Below, piece by piece: positions 22,731 through 36,600 of a stretch of DNA of 64,000 nt. The stretch lies in NCBI GenBank assembly GCA_012026655.1, contig JAAILG010000027.1:1-64000 (forward strand). Direction: 5' to 3'. This DNA is from Hydrolagus affinis. Its lineage: Eukaryota. Numbering within the stretch: position 1 is the first letter of the stretch; every line of letters starts with the position of its first letter. The position numbers were made by a program, and so were the translations under genes. The notes beneath the pieces are model-generated. The model was not told the DNA's origin. It ran no database searches and saw only the letters and a program-made list of their open reading frames with translations.

Positions 22731-23480
22731 TTTTTTTTGTTAGTTTTAAATTCTACACCATGTCACCATAAATTAAAGATGATTCAACTAATTCACCATT
22801 TTTATTCTAGTGAAATGAGGCTACAATTTATTGGAAGTTCAAAATCTTAAGAAACAGGATTAGACCTCACTGATGATTTAGTGAGTAGGGGAGGCATTCA
22901 GACAAGAGAAGCTGCCTGGCGAACTCAGGCTATGCTGAATTAGCCGTCTCAGTCAGGTGGCTCTTATAGCACAAGAATTAACTTCAATGCCCGTGGTTAG
23001 GAAGGGAAAAAATCAGTCATTGCCATTTGCAATGGTAATCTGGTGAACCTGCTGGAGGTACATTGGACGGTTTCCAAAACAGGGCTTAGTGTTTATATCT
23101 GAAAACACTGTCGGGGGTCGTACATAAATAATGGTGGCTTGGTCAAGGTATTGGAGGTACCTTGAATCCTCTGCAATCTGCAGTCTAGGAAGAAAGGAGT
23201 TGAATGTCATCATCGGGGTGGATGGAGGGAGAAACATTGCTATGGGGATAAAATGACTGGACTACAATTATATTGTTGGGGTGGAGATTAGATTTAAAGC
23301 AGACTAATTTGTGAATGTTAATGAAGTTTTGGAGTAAATATTTTTGTGTAAACAATTAATCATTACCTCCAGAACTGTGCTTAAAAGTTTTTTTTAGAAA
23401 AACAATTGTTTTATTTTAGCATTGCTGTGCTGATTTTAATAGTGTCTCTATTAGCCACAGCTGCTGTATCCATTTGAATT

Positions 23481-23486
23481 AATAAA
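23481..23486 (+). terminator. Candidate PEX2 polyadenylation signal (AATAAA); a proximal one lies at 22479-22484
   Basis: Canonical hexamer ~1.6 kb after the stop with T/GT-rich downstream sequence. Usage not verifiable from DNA. Confidence 0.45.
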
Positions 23487-26442
23487 ATGGTGATTCATAC
23501 AAATGTCCACTAGATTAAGTTTAGTGTATTAAATCGTTATTTAAAGAGGTAAAATATGTAAATAAGCACTCGGAATTAATCGCTGCAAGGGAAACAAAAT
23601 AGCTTTTTAGACCGTTTGCACATCCTTTCACTAATAGTTCACAAAGGCCTTTCATTCATTATGTCACCCCAGAATTCGGAACATTATTGTGGCTGCTCTT
23701 GCTTTGAGTTATATTTTTCCATAAAGTGTATCTCATAAAAATTCATTATATAAGAGCATAAACAAGAGCTTTTCGTTCCAGTCACTGGCAGTAAGTGATT
23801 CATCAGTTTTCCTCAGAAAACCAATTTCATTGCAGATTCAGTAATTTCCAATCTTACTGAATTGGATGGTGGGGGGAGGGGGAACTATCAAACAGTTCCA
23901 ATACGAGGAATGTGAGAAGAAAAAAGACTTGCACTCAGTCTTTTAATGCAATGGAATACCATCTGCTGTCTCATCAGTTTTGCAAAATAATCAAAAGGTA
24001 ATCAGCCTGTCATTTCCTTATTCGTGCACTGCAAGAGTCATCAATTTACCTTTCTGTGCTGATCCTGCTACATGTAGATGGTGTCCAGCAGATAAACCTC
24101 GTATGTGCCTACCTCTTTAATAATTCATTACTTTGTTCCATTCATTATGCATCGCTTTTTACAATGAAAATTAGTTTTTTTCCAAATCGATCTTTGCACA
24201 AAGTGTACATTAGATTTACACTTCTAATCATCCATGCCTTCCTCCCCCACCACCCCCCATTAAAAACTATATTTTGTAAACCTGAATGTGTCTGCTTTTG
24301 GCTGTTTGCACAATGGAATTTAAAAAAAATCTGTCCCATCAAATCCCAGTGCCTGATACTCTTTGTTATCCTACACATACTGCAAATCCATATAACTGCT
24401 ATGATTTCAGTTATTGTCCATAGTCTGAAAAAAATAAGTAGTGATGATAACCAAGCAGTTTCATTGAAATTGCACAACTTCATCCTTTATTTCAGACTTA
24501 AAAATGCAACATTGAAACCATAACAAAATGTCATGAACACCAGCACAGTACATTGACACAAAAAAATTGCCACCACAACAAAGACCAAATTTATAGATTC
24601 TTTGCTGAGAGCAGCAAATTCTCTTTTTTCAAAACCATTAGAGGGGATAAAAGCTAGGTTTGTATGTTAACTGTTAATAAAATAGGGAATGCGCGACTAT
24701 GGTGATTATTAAGCTCCTGCTAGCAAATGAAAAATACTTAGTCCATAAGTGGCTGAATAAATTAAAGTTTGCACCAGAGTAAGATTTCACAAGGTTTATT
24801 TTCATTTCAAATTAAGAAATGTAATAATCTTTTTCTCAATAGGTACCACACTTTACTACTTTCAAGCACATGCAGTAAATTCCCAGTTGATGTATTTTAT
24901 GGAAGATGTGTAAGCCCTATAGAGAATTTCCACAGCTTCTCTCTAATATCCCCACAGCTCAGATAAGTTAGTCTCAATAGCACAATTGAGTCAAAGCCTT
25001 CTGCCCTCAGCTAGTTTCCAAGTTCACAGAGTGACAGCCCTTTTCTTTGTCGCTCTAGGGGTTTTAAGCATAGTAATCTTACCATCTCCCTTTTTCCGCA
25101 GTCTTCAATCCATTCCCAGTTTGGGAAACTAGCACTTGCTGGTTGACTTCTGGGTTAATCATTGCTTAAAGGGAGGCATCCATTTGGTGAAACACTGTTT
25201 TGTGGACTTCTGATACCTTGATCTACAGACTCCAAAGAATGTGCAACCTCGTTCACTAACTACAGACTGCAGTTTCATTACCAAATTAACTACTGAGGTG
25301 ACCTTTTAGTGTGAGAAATAATATATTTTTAGTTTATCCCTTTAGAACAAAAGGAAAGCTTACGAAAAAGATACCTGGCCATTCACTCTGGACGTAAGAC
25401 TTGAGACTAAGCTGAATGCAATGAAGGCTACACATCATGTACTATCACAGGGCATATCATGTGTACTTTGATACTGGTTTCAAAACTGATATGCCAATCC
25501 TCAGATACACCTTTCAAAAATATAGTGAAATCTTTTAAAAAGAAAAAGAGAGAAACCCATTTGTTTGTGTTAATTTACAAAATTGCTGGTTCAATGCATT
25601 TATTCTCATCTTGGAATTATAAAAGTGTATTTTGAGCCTGCAAATTCCTTAGGGCAAGAAAACACTTGGGTGTCTTATTCCAAAAGATGTCCATGCAGTG
25701 GTAAATGGTTTTATGTATGTTGTAGAATCAGATGATTTTGACCCAAGCACATAGATATAAAAATATCCGTAGACATTGCAAGGGAATTGATACTGAAACT
25801 GCTTAGAATCCAGTTACTTGAAATGAGTGACAGTTGATGCAGATGGTGATATGGCTGATGGCAAAACTGTTCCAGAACACAGTCCATGGTATTATTTTAC
25901 TGTCTTTCAATGGCTTTGTATTTCTGGATTTGCTTCAGAAGGTCAAAAACATTTGCTTAAACTCAGGTAATATCCAGCAGGTAATTCCAGCTGGCCTTGA
26001 AAACTCAGTACAGGTCAGCCCAAGGCGCAAAGCCTCAATAACTTACAAAAATAGCTGGATCTTCATACTTGTACAGTAGTGGATTCCTGCCTTGTATCAA
26101 AAGAGTTCCAGTTTCCATCAAACAGCGGAACCCGTTAGGAAAAAGAATGCTGTTTCACTTTATGGTGATTTTTCAAAATGAGCTTCCAGATTTTTGTTTC
26201 AACTTTTATTTGGATTGGCAATTTAGCTCTCCTACTAGGGCAAGGCATTTGAACCCATTTGTCTCCTGGTTTCTCTCGTTTCTGTACTGCTTAGAAAATT
26301 CTGTAGGCGGATACGATGGTAATTTCATTGATCCCATAGTGGCTAAAAGAGATCCGTATACAAGATCTATCTCCTGGTTCTCAATATGAATAGATCTATT
26401 AGGATTTCTTACAGAAGCCCCCCTGACTTAGTTCACAGCCAT

Positions 26443-26760
26443 ATAATAATCTTGCATTTGATATAGCGCTTTCCACATCTTATCGATGTCTCAAAGTACT
26501 TCACAGAATATACTGTAAAGTGAATTGACTGCATATTTGTGGGTGAAACTCGGCAGCCAATTATGCACAGCAGTGTCCCACAAATAGTCGTGGATTGAAA
26601 ATGAACAAGTTTTATGATTGTGTTTTTTTGGGGATGGATTATTATTAGGCGTGTGGAGTAAGGAAATTTGCCCAAGGTTTCACCCTGATCATGGTTTCAC
26701 CCAAACGCAGGTCTTATGCTTGTAAGGCGAGTGCTTTAATCACTGAGCTACAGGAGCTCC
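26443..26760 (-). mobile_element. Full-length tRNA-derived SINE (major family)
   Basis: Tail through head ...CACTGAGCTACAGGAGCTCC. Confidence 0.9.
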
Positions 26761-26819
26761 GAAAAGCAACCCTAAAAGTGCTATTCCACAACTTTCTGAT
26801 GCAGGTGGGACTGTGTTAC

Positions 26820-27200
26820 TAAGACAAACAAGAACAAAATTACATTTATATACAGTAATGCCTTTCATGTTGGGAGAACATCCCAAGGTGCAGGATAATC
26901 AGTGTTTTGGATCAAGCTGGGGATTGGGATCGGGGAGAATGGAGGGCAGGAGGAAAGTGATCAAAGGCATGGCTGAGGTGGAGGGACTGCGGGATGGAAA
27001 TCAAGTGGGTGGATCAAAGTGGCTGAAGGCCTGCCCACCGATGGTGGGGCAAGGCAGGAGACGTGAAGCAGACCAGAGCCCGTTGAGTGGAGGGAGCAAG
27101 CAGTTTGGTAGAGGGTTAGGAGATCGCAGAGGTAGGGTGGGAGAAAGGCCATAGAAGGCTTTGAAGGTGAGGACCGTGATCTTGAACTATATCCTCTGTG
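26820..27200 (-). mobile_element. L2 LINE 3' fragment
   Basis: Same L2 3' sequence and (CAA)-type tail as other copies. Confidence 0.8.
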
Positions 27201-28853
27201 AAAAGGATACAAACAATAGAAGGCAAATAAAAGCACAGATTTTCCTGACAACTATTATGTCAACAAATGATATTACAGTCCACTATAAAGGCATAATTAA
27301 TCCCAATAAATGGCTATTTTATGTGACACATACTTTTCAAAATGCATTAAATTATCTTTCAGCATCTATACAATCTATAGGTAATTAAACAATGGCTATT
27401 TCATCAATGTGACGCAAAAAATATTTTGCTGCCATCTTCTGTATAATCTCCCTCAGATTCTTCTCTGAACATTGCCTGGTATGTTTCCATCAGGCTTCAA
27501 TATAATTCTACCATCAATCTAGTCTAAATTACAATCCCTACATTATCATGAATAAAACTGACACTTTTAGTCTATTACTTCATGCATTTTTCTTTCTCTT
27601 CCATGCAGGATTGGAATATTTGAGCCCTGGCTTGACACATACATTGAGTGCCCTACAATGTGGTAGCTCATTACAAGTGTAGCAACCATGATGGAAGAGT
27701 GTTCCCAATAATCCAGTCAGATTTGTCTCCTTTAGTCAGATAAAAAAATATTGTGAAATTGCATGAGCTAATCTAATGCTATACTCATCACCAAGCTTTA
27801 GATGCATCTTAAATTTATTTTTGCATCAGAGCTCCCCTTAGTTCATTGTTTTTCTGTCGGTAAGTCGGAGACACAAAAGGCATGATTTTATGTTTTGCCA
27901 ATGTCACAATTGATGCTTAGATTTTGTGCAGGTTTAATCTGCTCTTTGCAGTGTTGACTACACTACAACATATTTTCATGCAGTCAATGTGTCCTGCCGT
28001 TATATGCATGCCCTATGGCATGTTGGAGCACTTAGCACTTGTGTAAATGATGTAGACCATCACATTTTAAGCCACATGTGCTATTTTATATGCCAATTTG
28101 TAGACACTAAGCGGTAATTGCCTGTGGCATTGTTAAAACCACTTTTCATGAGGTTAAATGCAGGATCAGCGTATAAAATACAGCTGCATCTGTCGTCACC
28201 AAGACAATTCCAAAAAATCGAAAAGCTTCCCCCCAAAAAAAACTTAAGTTTATTCTTCGCAGGTGTATATTTAACAAAAGATTCCTATGTCACTTGGATC
28301 AGAAAATATAAGTGGCTTTGAGGGCAACTGAAAGCCCTTGAACCTCATCACTTCATTGGTATATTTCAAACCCCATGATTACGTCACAGCAGATGGAACT
28401 GCTCACTTTATCCATCTTTTTATTTCTTTCCTCTACAAAGATTGCAACAGACAATCTTCATCCAGTTCAGGAATTCATGATTTTTTTAAAGAGATATTGT
28501 TACCCTCTAAGTACGACTCTGAGTAACTTCACACAGTTATGGTGCTATGTGACAGATATTCATAATCATGAAGGCCCCCATATGATCTTATATTTTGGGA
28601 ATATCCACCTACCCATTACCCTTGAGGCCAAAGTGCTAGGGTGGTCCCGGCTGGACAAGCTGTCAAAAAGCTTCCAGATAATGCTATCAATAGAAAGCCA
28701 AGCAGTTCGTCAATGACCAGCATGTGCATACCCTATCAATCTCTCTATGTAAACCTTTTCCAGTAAATGCGTTATTGTTTCTCAATCACGTCTTACAGAA
28801 TGGTTGAAGTTGAAGGAATGAGGGAATCATGCCTTGCAGATGGTTGAATGGTT

Positions 28854-29163
28854 GGAGTCCTGTAGCTCAGTGGTTAGAGCACTCGCCTCACAAGTGAGAG
28901 ACCTGAGTTTGTTTCCTGCCAAGGCGAAACCTTGCTTAAATTTCCTTACTCCACATGCCTGATAATAATCCCTCAAAAAAAATAATTTGGTCACTCAATC
29001 TAAGACTGTTTGTGGGACGCTGCTGTGTGCAATTGGCTGCCGCGTTTCATCCACAAATAATTGGAATACAGTCAATTCTCTTTACAGTATGTTCTGTGCA
29101 GCGATTTGAGGCATCTAGAAGATATGAAAAGCATTATATCAAATGCAAGGATATTATTATTAT
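28854..29163 (+). mobile_element. Full-length tRNA-derived SINE (major family)
   Basis: GGAGTCCTGTAGCTCAGTGGTTAGAGCACTCGCC head through the (ATT)n tail. Confidence 0.9.
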
Positions 29164-29298
29164 CCAGGTAAAACATTGATTACTTTTAACCATTAACACT
29201 TTGTTAACACCCACATTCTTTATGCATATATTTTGTTTCCTTTGCATTTTTCCTATCTAATGGTCCCTCTAATTATATACCTAACTCTATACATTGAT

Positions 29299-29502
29299 AG
29301 AGAGCTGGGAAAACTCAGCAGGTCAGGCAGCATCCATGGAGAAAGGAAAGCGAGTCAACGTTTCGGTCGATCTGACAAAGGGCCGTGGACACGAAACGTG
29401 ACTCGCTTTCCTTTCTCCATGGATGCTGCCTGACCTGAGTTTTCCCAGCTCTCTGTTTTTGTTTCAGATTTCCAGCATCTGCAGTATTTCGTGTTTTGTT
29501 CC
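29299..29502. mobile_element. Palindromic Penelope-type element with hammerhead-like core and 10-bp TSD
   Basis: Arms 29299-29365 and 29392-29454 are near-perfect inverted repeats; loop holds CTGACAAAGGGCCGTGGACACGAAACG; ATACATTGAT at 29289-29298 and 29503-29512. Confidence 0.8.
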
Positions 29503-32084
29503 ATACATTGATGGATGGCTGGATAGTATTACCTTATATAGTATTTCCATTGCTTTGATCCTCTTACTTTTTCTTCTTTCTTTCTGCAGCAAATCATTCT
29601 GCCCTCTATTTTACTAATGTCGCTCTTCGAGTTATCCACAACATGTTGACTGTTATTTCTTGCTGACTGAGGACTTGATTTCTGGGATGAGAATTGAGAA
29701 AGACTGGCTGATCTGACATTTAAGCTGTTGTACCTTGGTCCCCTCAATCCACTCCATCTAGCCAATGGAGGATCTTTTAATTCCTGGGCAGATACACTTT
29801 TTGAGGCAATTTCAGCTTGTGTCTTGTTGCCGTGTCTTGGGTAGCTGCAGGGGAAATTTATAGTTTTATGGACCTTCTCAAAACAAAAGTAAATATTCTG
29901 TCAGAAAATGTTGCTTCTGAACCTTTTCTACTGTTTACTTTGTTGTCACCATCACTTGTCTTTAACTTGTTTATAGCAATATTATTTCCATGTATGTCCA
30001 TTATTTACAGGTACTTTACTACTATGTAGATTTCATATTCCTAGCTGGCAGACTAATTTAAAGCAAATTGTTAGTGCAATTGTAGCATAGCTAATGCAAA
30101 ATTATCACATTGTGTCAACAATGCAGGCTGCAGATTCAGAAGGTAGTCTAAACATTAAAATAGAATTTTAGTATTAGCTTGATGGCCTCCAAGCCCCCAG
30201 TTTGATGAATGTGTATTGTAATGGACACCTTTATACTGTTTCGAATTCTAAATTAACTTACTCAAGTGTTTTGCAGAAGCAAAGCATTAATTGATCATTT
30301 TTATGATTCTTACTCTTCCCTACTGTGGTTAAATCTGTTTAAGTGAACAATCTCTCGCTCCCTCTCTCATGCCCAATTTATACCATTGGAAGTGAAGCAA
30401 TAGCTCTTCCAGCAGTAATGTGATTAGGAGCAGGAAGCCTGATTTATACTTCCTGTTCCTAATTACATTGGCTGGGGCTGAGGAGATTTCTGTGAATGTG
30501 GAACTAGGTGTTAGATTAAAGAGCTAGTGACATGACTCAAGTCATCAATAACATTAAAAAACAGATCCTTGAAAGTTCCTGGATCATACATTGGACCACC
30601 CCAAGCATCTTACAAAGGACCACTTCTGAGTGGAACTCCAATTGAATTTATGCTACAGTGATGCAAATTGATGTGCTGCTGAACCATATTGTCAAGGTGA
30701 TTCTGGTAGCAGTGCTTCAGCACACTTCTGTTTAGGATCACGCTATTTAACCCCGATGAACACTATACTTTCCATGGCAATTTGTTGTGAAACGCATTGT
30801 TTGAATTAGATGTCAAATTCAGACTATTTCTTTTCTGAGCTAGGTTGGAAGTGTAGCAAGGTTATGAGAACACATGTGAAATCAGATTTCATCTGAATTC
30901 TGTTAATACCACTGAGAATTATTCTTAAGCTTTTTGTTTTATTCTCTTCCGTGCTTACCAAGCTGCGCAATCTTATCACAGAGAAATGTAACACTTCCTC
31001 ATTTGGGCATCAGTTTTCAGTATCAAACACTCCAAATCCAAGTACAGCATGATTAGATGCAGAATAAAAGGCCATATAATTTGCTCTACAATATTCCTCA
31101 GCTATATAAGAACATCCCTTATTGTTCCAGTGTGCCATTCCATTTCCCATACTAGCTATTCTGTCTCAATGAGATTGCCAGTTGATTACTGAATTAAAGG
31201 CTATTTGTGTTCACACTTGTCTTGGAATTGAAATGGGGCTGCTCAGACTCTTTTCACACAAAGTCTTTACTGCAACAGACTAGTTTTTCATCACATCAGT
31301 CTTGGGTGGATTCAAAACAAAGTCCCACAAGAAAACCTAGGACTGAAACTCCTGAGTAAATGATCTATTAGTTTTTGTGCTATAGCTTTAAAAATAAAAT
31401 AATAAAAACTTGAAAGTGCAGTATACAAGGCCTTTCCTGTATACAATTCTGATTACAGCACATCATTTTGCAGACTATTGTCCAACCCATCATTTCTCAT
31501 ATATTTGTTTTGTTCCATTTTCAGAGGAATTCAATCCTCTCTTGAAATTAGTTCATTTTTCTTCTAAATTGCAGTACTGGGGATGTTTTGTGTTTAGCCC
31601 TACACCACAGGAGAATTATTACTTCTGTAGTCTTTTCTAATTTATTTAAAGCCTTTGGCAGAGTCCTTTATTAATCCAACAAGCAAGTGCAGGAATCTCT
31701 TGCCCTCTTTTAAATTGGATTTCTTCATACTTTAACTCTCAAGACAAAAAATGCACCAGTCAGTGACGCCTCATCAGTATTATACCTGTTAGGACTGGTG
31801 TCGCTTTAGGCTCTGTATTTGGAAACCTCCAGTTTCAGCTGCACATTAACATGCAATGTTTTATGCTAATATGATAACCCTTCAAAAACCATTATGCCAA
31901 AGATCTATCCCAAGTTTACTATTAATCTAATACACAGCTGTTTGGGTAAGAACCCTTGCACCAGATTTAAAAAAAAATAGTAACTAGAATAGTAGTGCAT
32001 CCAGCAAGCCTGAATCAATTCAGGAATTCACTTATATAGTTTCCTCGACTTGGAATATTCTACCTGATTCTTTACTAACCATAT

Positions 32085-32330
32085 TGGGGGATAACCAAAG
32101 GCACTGTTGAAGAAGAGGGTCTTAAGACGGGTCTTGAAGGAGGCAAGGGATGAGGTGAATCAAAGGGAGTTGCTCTGGGCTGGAGTTCCAGAGGGTGGGG
32201 GCAAAAAGACTGAAGGCCTGACTGCCGATGCTGAGGCAGGCCATGAAGGGGGGGTGTGGGAGGGAGAGAGTGAGTGACATGGAGCAGGACAATGCCTACC
32301 GAGCGGAGAGAGCGGGCAGCGGTATGCATT
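32085..32330 (-). mobile_element. L2 LINE 3' fragment
   Basis: GAAGAGGGTCTTAAGAC...GGAGTTCCAGAG...CTGAAGGC matches other L2 copies. Confidence 0.75.
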
Positions 32331-32479
32331 TTAGTAGGTCACGGAGTTCATGAATGATTCTGAAAATCTCACTCAGAGTTTATTTTCCCAATCTCATTTA
32401 AAATTGTATAGAACTTTTTTTTTTTTTTACGAGAAATCTGCTTTAAAGACCAGCTACTTTAATCATTGCTCACATGTCA

Positions 32480-32760
32480 TTCCCCTAACATTACAGATAT
32501 ATCCTAGTTGTTCTCCACAGTCTTTAGGTCCTGGATAGACCCTTTATAATCGCAGTAACTAGAACCATATGCAGTACTCCAGGTGCAGCCTGACCAGACA
32601 CTATATTGCTTGAGTATGACGTCTGGGGATCCAAACTCAATTGATTTGATAATATAGCTGAGTACCCTGTTTCCCTTGTTTATTGTTGCCTCACACTGTT
32701 TTGACACAGTGAGCAATGAATGGACTAATTCCCTGGATTTCTTTCAGTCTCCTCAAATGA
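32480..32760 (-). mobile_element. CR1 LINE ORF2 fragment
   Basis: SKQCEATINKGNRVLSYIIKSIE...VILKQY, followed by frameshifted LEY---W-like CR1 motif. Confidence 0.8.
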
Positions 32761-35700
32761 TGGACGGTCTTTTTTTTTAAACCCATCTCCTTTTCCAAAT
32801 TGGCAATAATTATATTAAACTGTTGTGAAAACATTCAGTGATGGTTAATGTTATAGCCGCAAATATTGTATGCATACTTTATATTTTATAATTCATTTTA
32901 TTGTTCAGGGATCTCTCTGATCCCAAAAGCTTTAAAAATGTGTTATTCCTTAATTAGCATTGCTGATAGAACCTCTATCATTTTAATTCTATCACTAGCT
33001 CTCTGCCTGTTAAAAAATATATCGCTGTAATTAGTTTCCAGCAGAGTACTGCTCCATGGTGGAGGAATCATTTTGAATGTAAGAGAATAAGTAAAATGTT
33101 TTCAAATAAGTAAAATTAAAAACAATAATAAATTGGTCATTTCAATCCATGACTGTTTGTGGGCCATTGCTGTACTCAATTGGCTGCTATATTTTGCCCA
33201 CATATGCAGTCGATTCAGTTTATAGTATATTCTGTGAAGCGCTTTGAGACATTTAGAAGACATGAAAAGTGCTAAATCAAATGCAAGGATTATTATTATT
33301 ATTTGGGCAGTCTGTGAAATTGAGTCAAGTAGCAAGTTGGAAGGAACTACTGAACCAGCACCTTTGGATGTCCTCCTGACGTGAGAGACGCAGGACAAAT
33401 GTAATTTTGTTGTTGTTGTGGTTGCAAACCCATCCAGGTTTAAAACAGAAACCATAGAAGGTAGAAATTAATATTAATATAATAAGTGTATCAGGAGGTT
33501 GTGTCGACCACTCCACAAAGTGGGACTATAGAAAATTGTCACTGCTATTGTAATAATTGCCTATTTGCATTCTGAAGGTGCCCTTTGGTTAAGTGCTTAC
33601 TTACTAGAGGGTTCATCCTCCACATTCCCTGTTTCCTATTGGCATACTGTACAGAAGCAAAATACATTAATAAAAAATTGCTTTAACTCCTCCGCTCGTT
33701 GCTGTGTGGTGATCTGGGGATGATTCTCTGCCTGGTAGGTGTAAACACCCATAGTACTGTTTGTACTACCCACACAGAATACGTTCATTTTCCATTGAGC
33801 AACAATCTCGCTTTCAACCCGCGCAGGAAATTAAGCCAGCATTGTTCTAACGAGATTTCACATCTAGAATTGTATTTTCTGTACGGCAGAAAATCACAAT
33901 CAAAATCATCCCTTTGTAGATGTTGCGATACATACACATCTGCAATAAGTAATCACACAGTCTTTTTTAAACAGTAAATTGATAGCAAGCCCAAAGAGTT
34001 GGTACACTATTATAAATATATATCCATACGTAATAAGTGAAATCTTTGAAAGCAATAATTTCATTGCTACACCTCAATCATTTACTCTGTTACTGTATCA
34101 TGCATTATATTATTGGCCTAGAATACCTCAGCTGCAGTTTACAGATAGTAAATAGCTTCCATTACTCTATATTGACACATAGGTAGGGCACATTACCTTT
34201 AAGAGGTGACATAAGAGGCCATTGGTGCCAAATATAACATTCAATTTCCAATCATAATGGAGTAACACTGATCTCTTCTGAGATAGAGAGAACTGTAGTG
34301 TGCATGATAACTGATATATGTACATGAATACACCAACAACAATTTACAAGTATATACAGTGAGCTGAATGTTTCTTCCTTTCTGCTCTAGTCTGTCCTTT
34401 TCTCTCCACCACCCAAATAAAACAGCTTTTGTCTTCTTTAAAATTCTTCTTGGTTTTCATTTATCCCATTTTATCTTTTCTGTTTTGTCTGCCTCTGCTT
34501 TCACTCACTGTGTTTCTGAATTAGCTGCAGTTTCCCTTGAGGAAGCAAAGGGCCTCAGGCTAGCCTAGATGACCTGGAAGTCTCAGCAAATGCTTTGGAA
34601 TGGGCAGCGATGGAGGTGTGTATCATTGTAATCTTTCTACTTCTTTTTATACAATGAGCCAAACCAGAGTTTTTTTGTTCGAACAGAGGCATTCCAGAAT
34701 GAGTATCGCTCGACACAAAAATGTATCAACCTCAATTATTGGCAGATGGATTTCACGGTCACCTATTCATGTTGTGTCTAATAGTACTGTTATATCAAGT
34801 TTCTATTGTAACCACCTTGGGAAATTTCAGCACCTTGGGATGTCCTCCTGTCATGAAAGGTGCTTCATAAATGTAATTTTGTTGTTTGTTGTTTTTGTAA
34901 ACCTTGGCATAAAGAAAGAGGTAGGGATGGATACCACATCAATGGCATTACAATCTTCACATAAGGTTATGGTTGAAACTAATTTATTTTGCATGTGAGC
35001 TATTAGGGCTAATTTGATTATCAAATCATCTCAGAGCGGAAAGGTTTTTTGGGGGCAATATGATACTGACAAAAGTGATGATATCCTTCTGTGCAGTGTA
35101 ATGGATGTAAGAGCTTGTAAATGCAGAAGATTGAGTTTGAGTGTTAGATGTGAATCCTTTATTGAGTGAATACTCAAAGTGAGAACCGCATTGGGCCACT
35201 GATGCGGCGGAATTTTTCCAATTACCGCAGAACAATTCCTCCAGTGATAAGCTGCAGATCTCTTGCACTTGTCTCTTGACCCCGCAACCAAATCAAATCT
35301 TCTCCTGAATGGTTTTCTGATACCACAAGAATGTATGAATAATAACCTAATAATAAATGAACCTCGCATTCCACATAGGACAAAAACAAAAGCATTGAAA
35401 TGTTGCAATGCACTTAACAGGGAACTGCTGCCAAGATGTTGCAGGTGCAGCACTTTTACAGCAAGGTGCGGCAATCAGTCTGAGCAATTGTCCTTCAACA
35501 AGCATTATGTGAAAGAACAATTTTATCAGCAGACAGAAAACACCAGAAGATACTCCTTCCTCTTTTCAAACTGTACTATACCTTCAATAGCTCCAGCTCA
35601 CCCAGAATGCCATAGCACTCAGTGTATTCTCCTACACTCGGCTCCCTGTGCCCATTCTCCCCTTTCCCAAACAGGCAGATCTATTAACTACAACGCCATT

Positions 35701-35976
35701 TTCCAACCCATTCTCTTTGTTTCAAGTCTTTGATCCTACTGCATATTCCATGGATTCACCATTGGCAGCTAAAAAATCCCTCTACCATACCCTTGCTTCC
35801 TCTCTTCAAAACCCTGCTAAATGCATTCCTTGTCTACCGAGGCTTCGTTCATCTAACCCAATGCCTCCTTGTCCCCTTGCTCATTGTCCTACACTATACA
35901 TGTAAAATATTCTAGGAGGTTCTTCGACAAGAATGTTTTCTCCAGAGATTTGCCTGGATAGTCCATTCCATACACT

Positions 35977-36600
35977 ACAACAACAAACAACAACAATAAC
36001 AACAACTTTGATTTATATAGCGCCCTCCACGCCGAACGGCATCTCAGAGCGCTTCACAATAGCGGATCCCGGAACCGAGCCAGGAGTAGGGGTAGAAAGG
36101 TGACCGAAGGCGCGGTCGAAAAGAAAGGTCTTTAACTGTGACCTGAAACTGTGAAGAGAGGGGGCAAGGCAAAGGGAGTGAGGTAGAAAGTTCCAGAGTC
36201 TTGGGGTATAGTGGCTGAAGGCATAGGCACCGAGGGTGGAGCAGAGGATTCGGGGGACATGGAGGAGGCCAGACCCTGTGGAGCGAAGGCAGCGGATGCT
36301 GGTTGGGGAGAAAGGAGATCAGAGAGGTAGGGGGGTGCAGAGGAATGGAGGGCCTTGAAAACAAGGGTAAGGATCTTGAAATCGATTTTCTCAGGGACAG
36401 GGAGCCAGTGAAGTCTGGCAAGGACTGGGGTAATGGGGAGTAAAGCTTGGTGCGGGTGAGTATGCGGGCGGCAGAGTTTTGAATTAGCTGGATTTTGTGG
36501 ATTGTAGTGGCGGGGAGACCGGTGAGGAGGGCGTTGCAGTAGTCTAGCTGAGAGGTGACAAAGGCATGGACCAAGGTTTCAGCGGCTTTTGGGGCACTGT
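35977..36600 (-). mobile_element. Relatively young L2 LINE 3' fragment (second L2 subfamily)
   Basis: AETLVHAFVTSQLDYCNALLTGLP...IQNSAARILT; tail GAGATGCCGTTCGGCGTGGAGGGCGCTATATAAATCAAAG(TTG)n. Confidence 0.92.

Noticed and set aside
28854-28925. tRNA-like sequence (also 15388, 41572, 54690-54758, 2380-2445)
   Set aside because: A/B boxes present, but each is degenerate with no complete cloverleaf, and most run straight into the SINE body. These are SINE heads, not tRNA genes.
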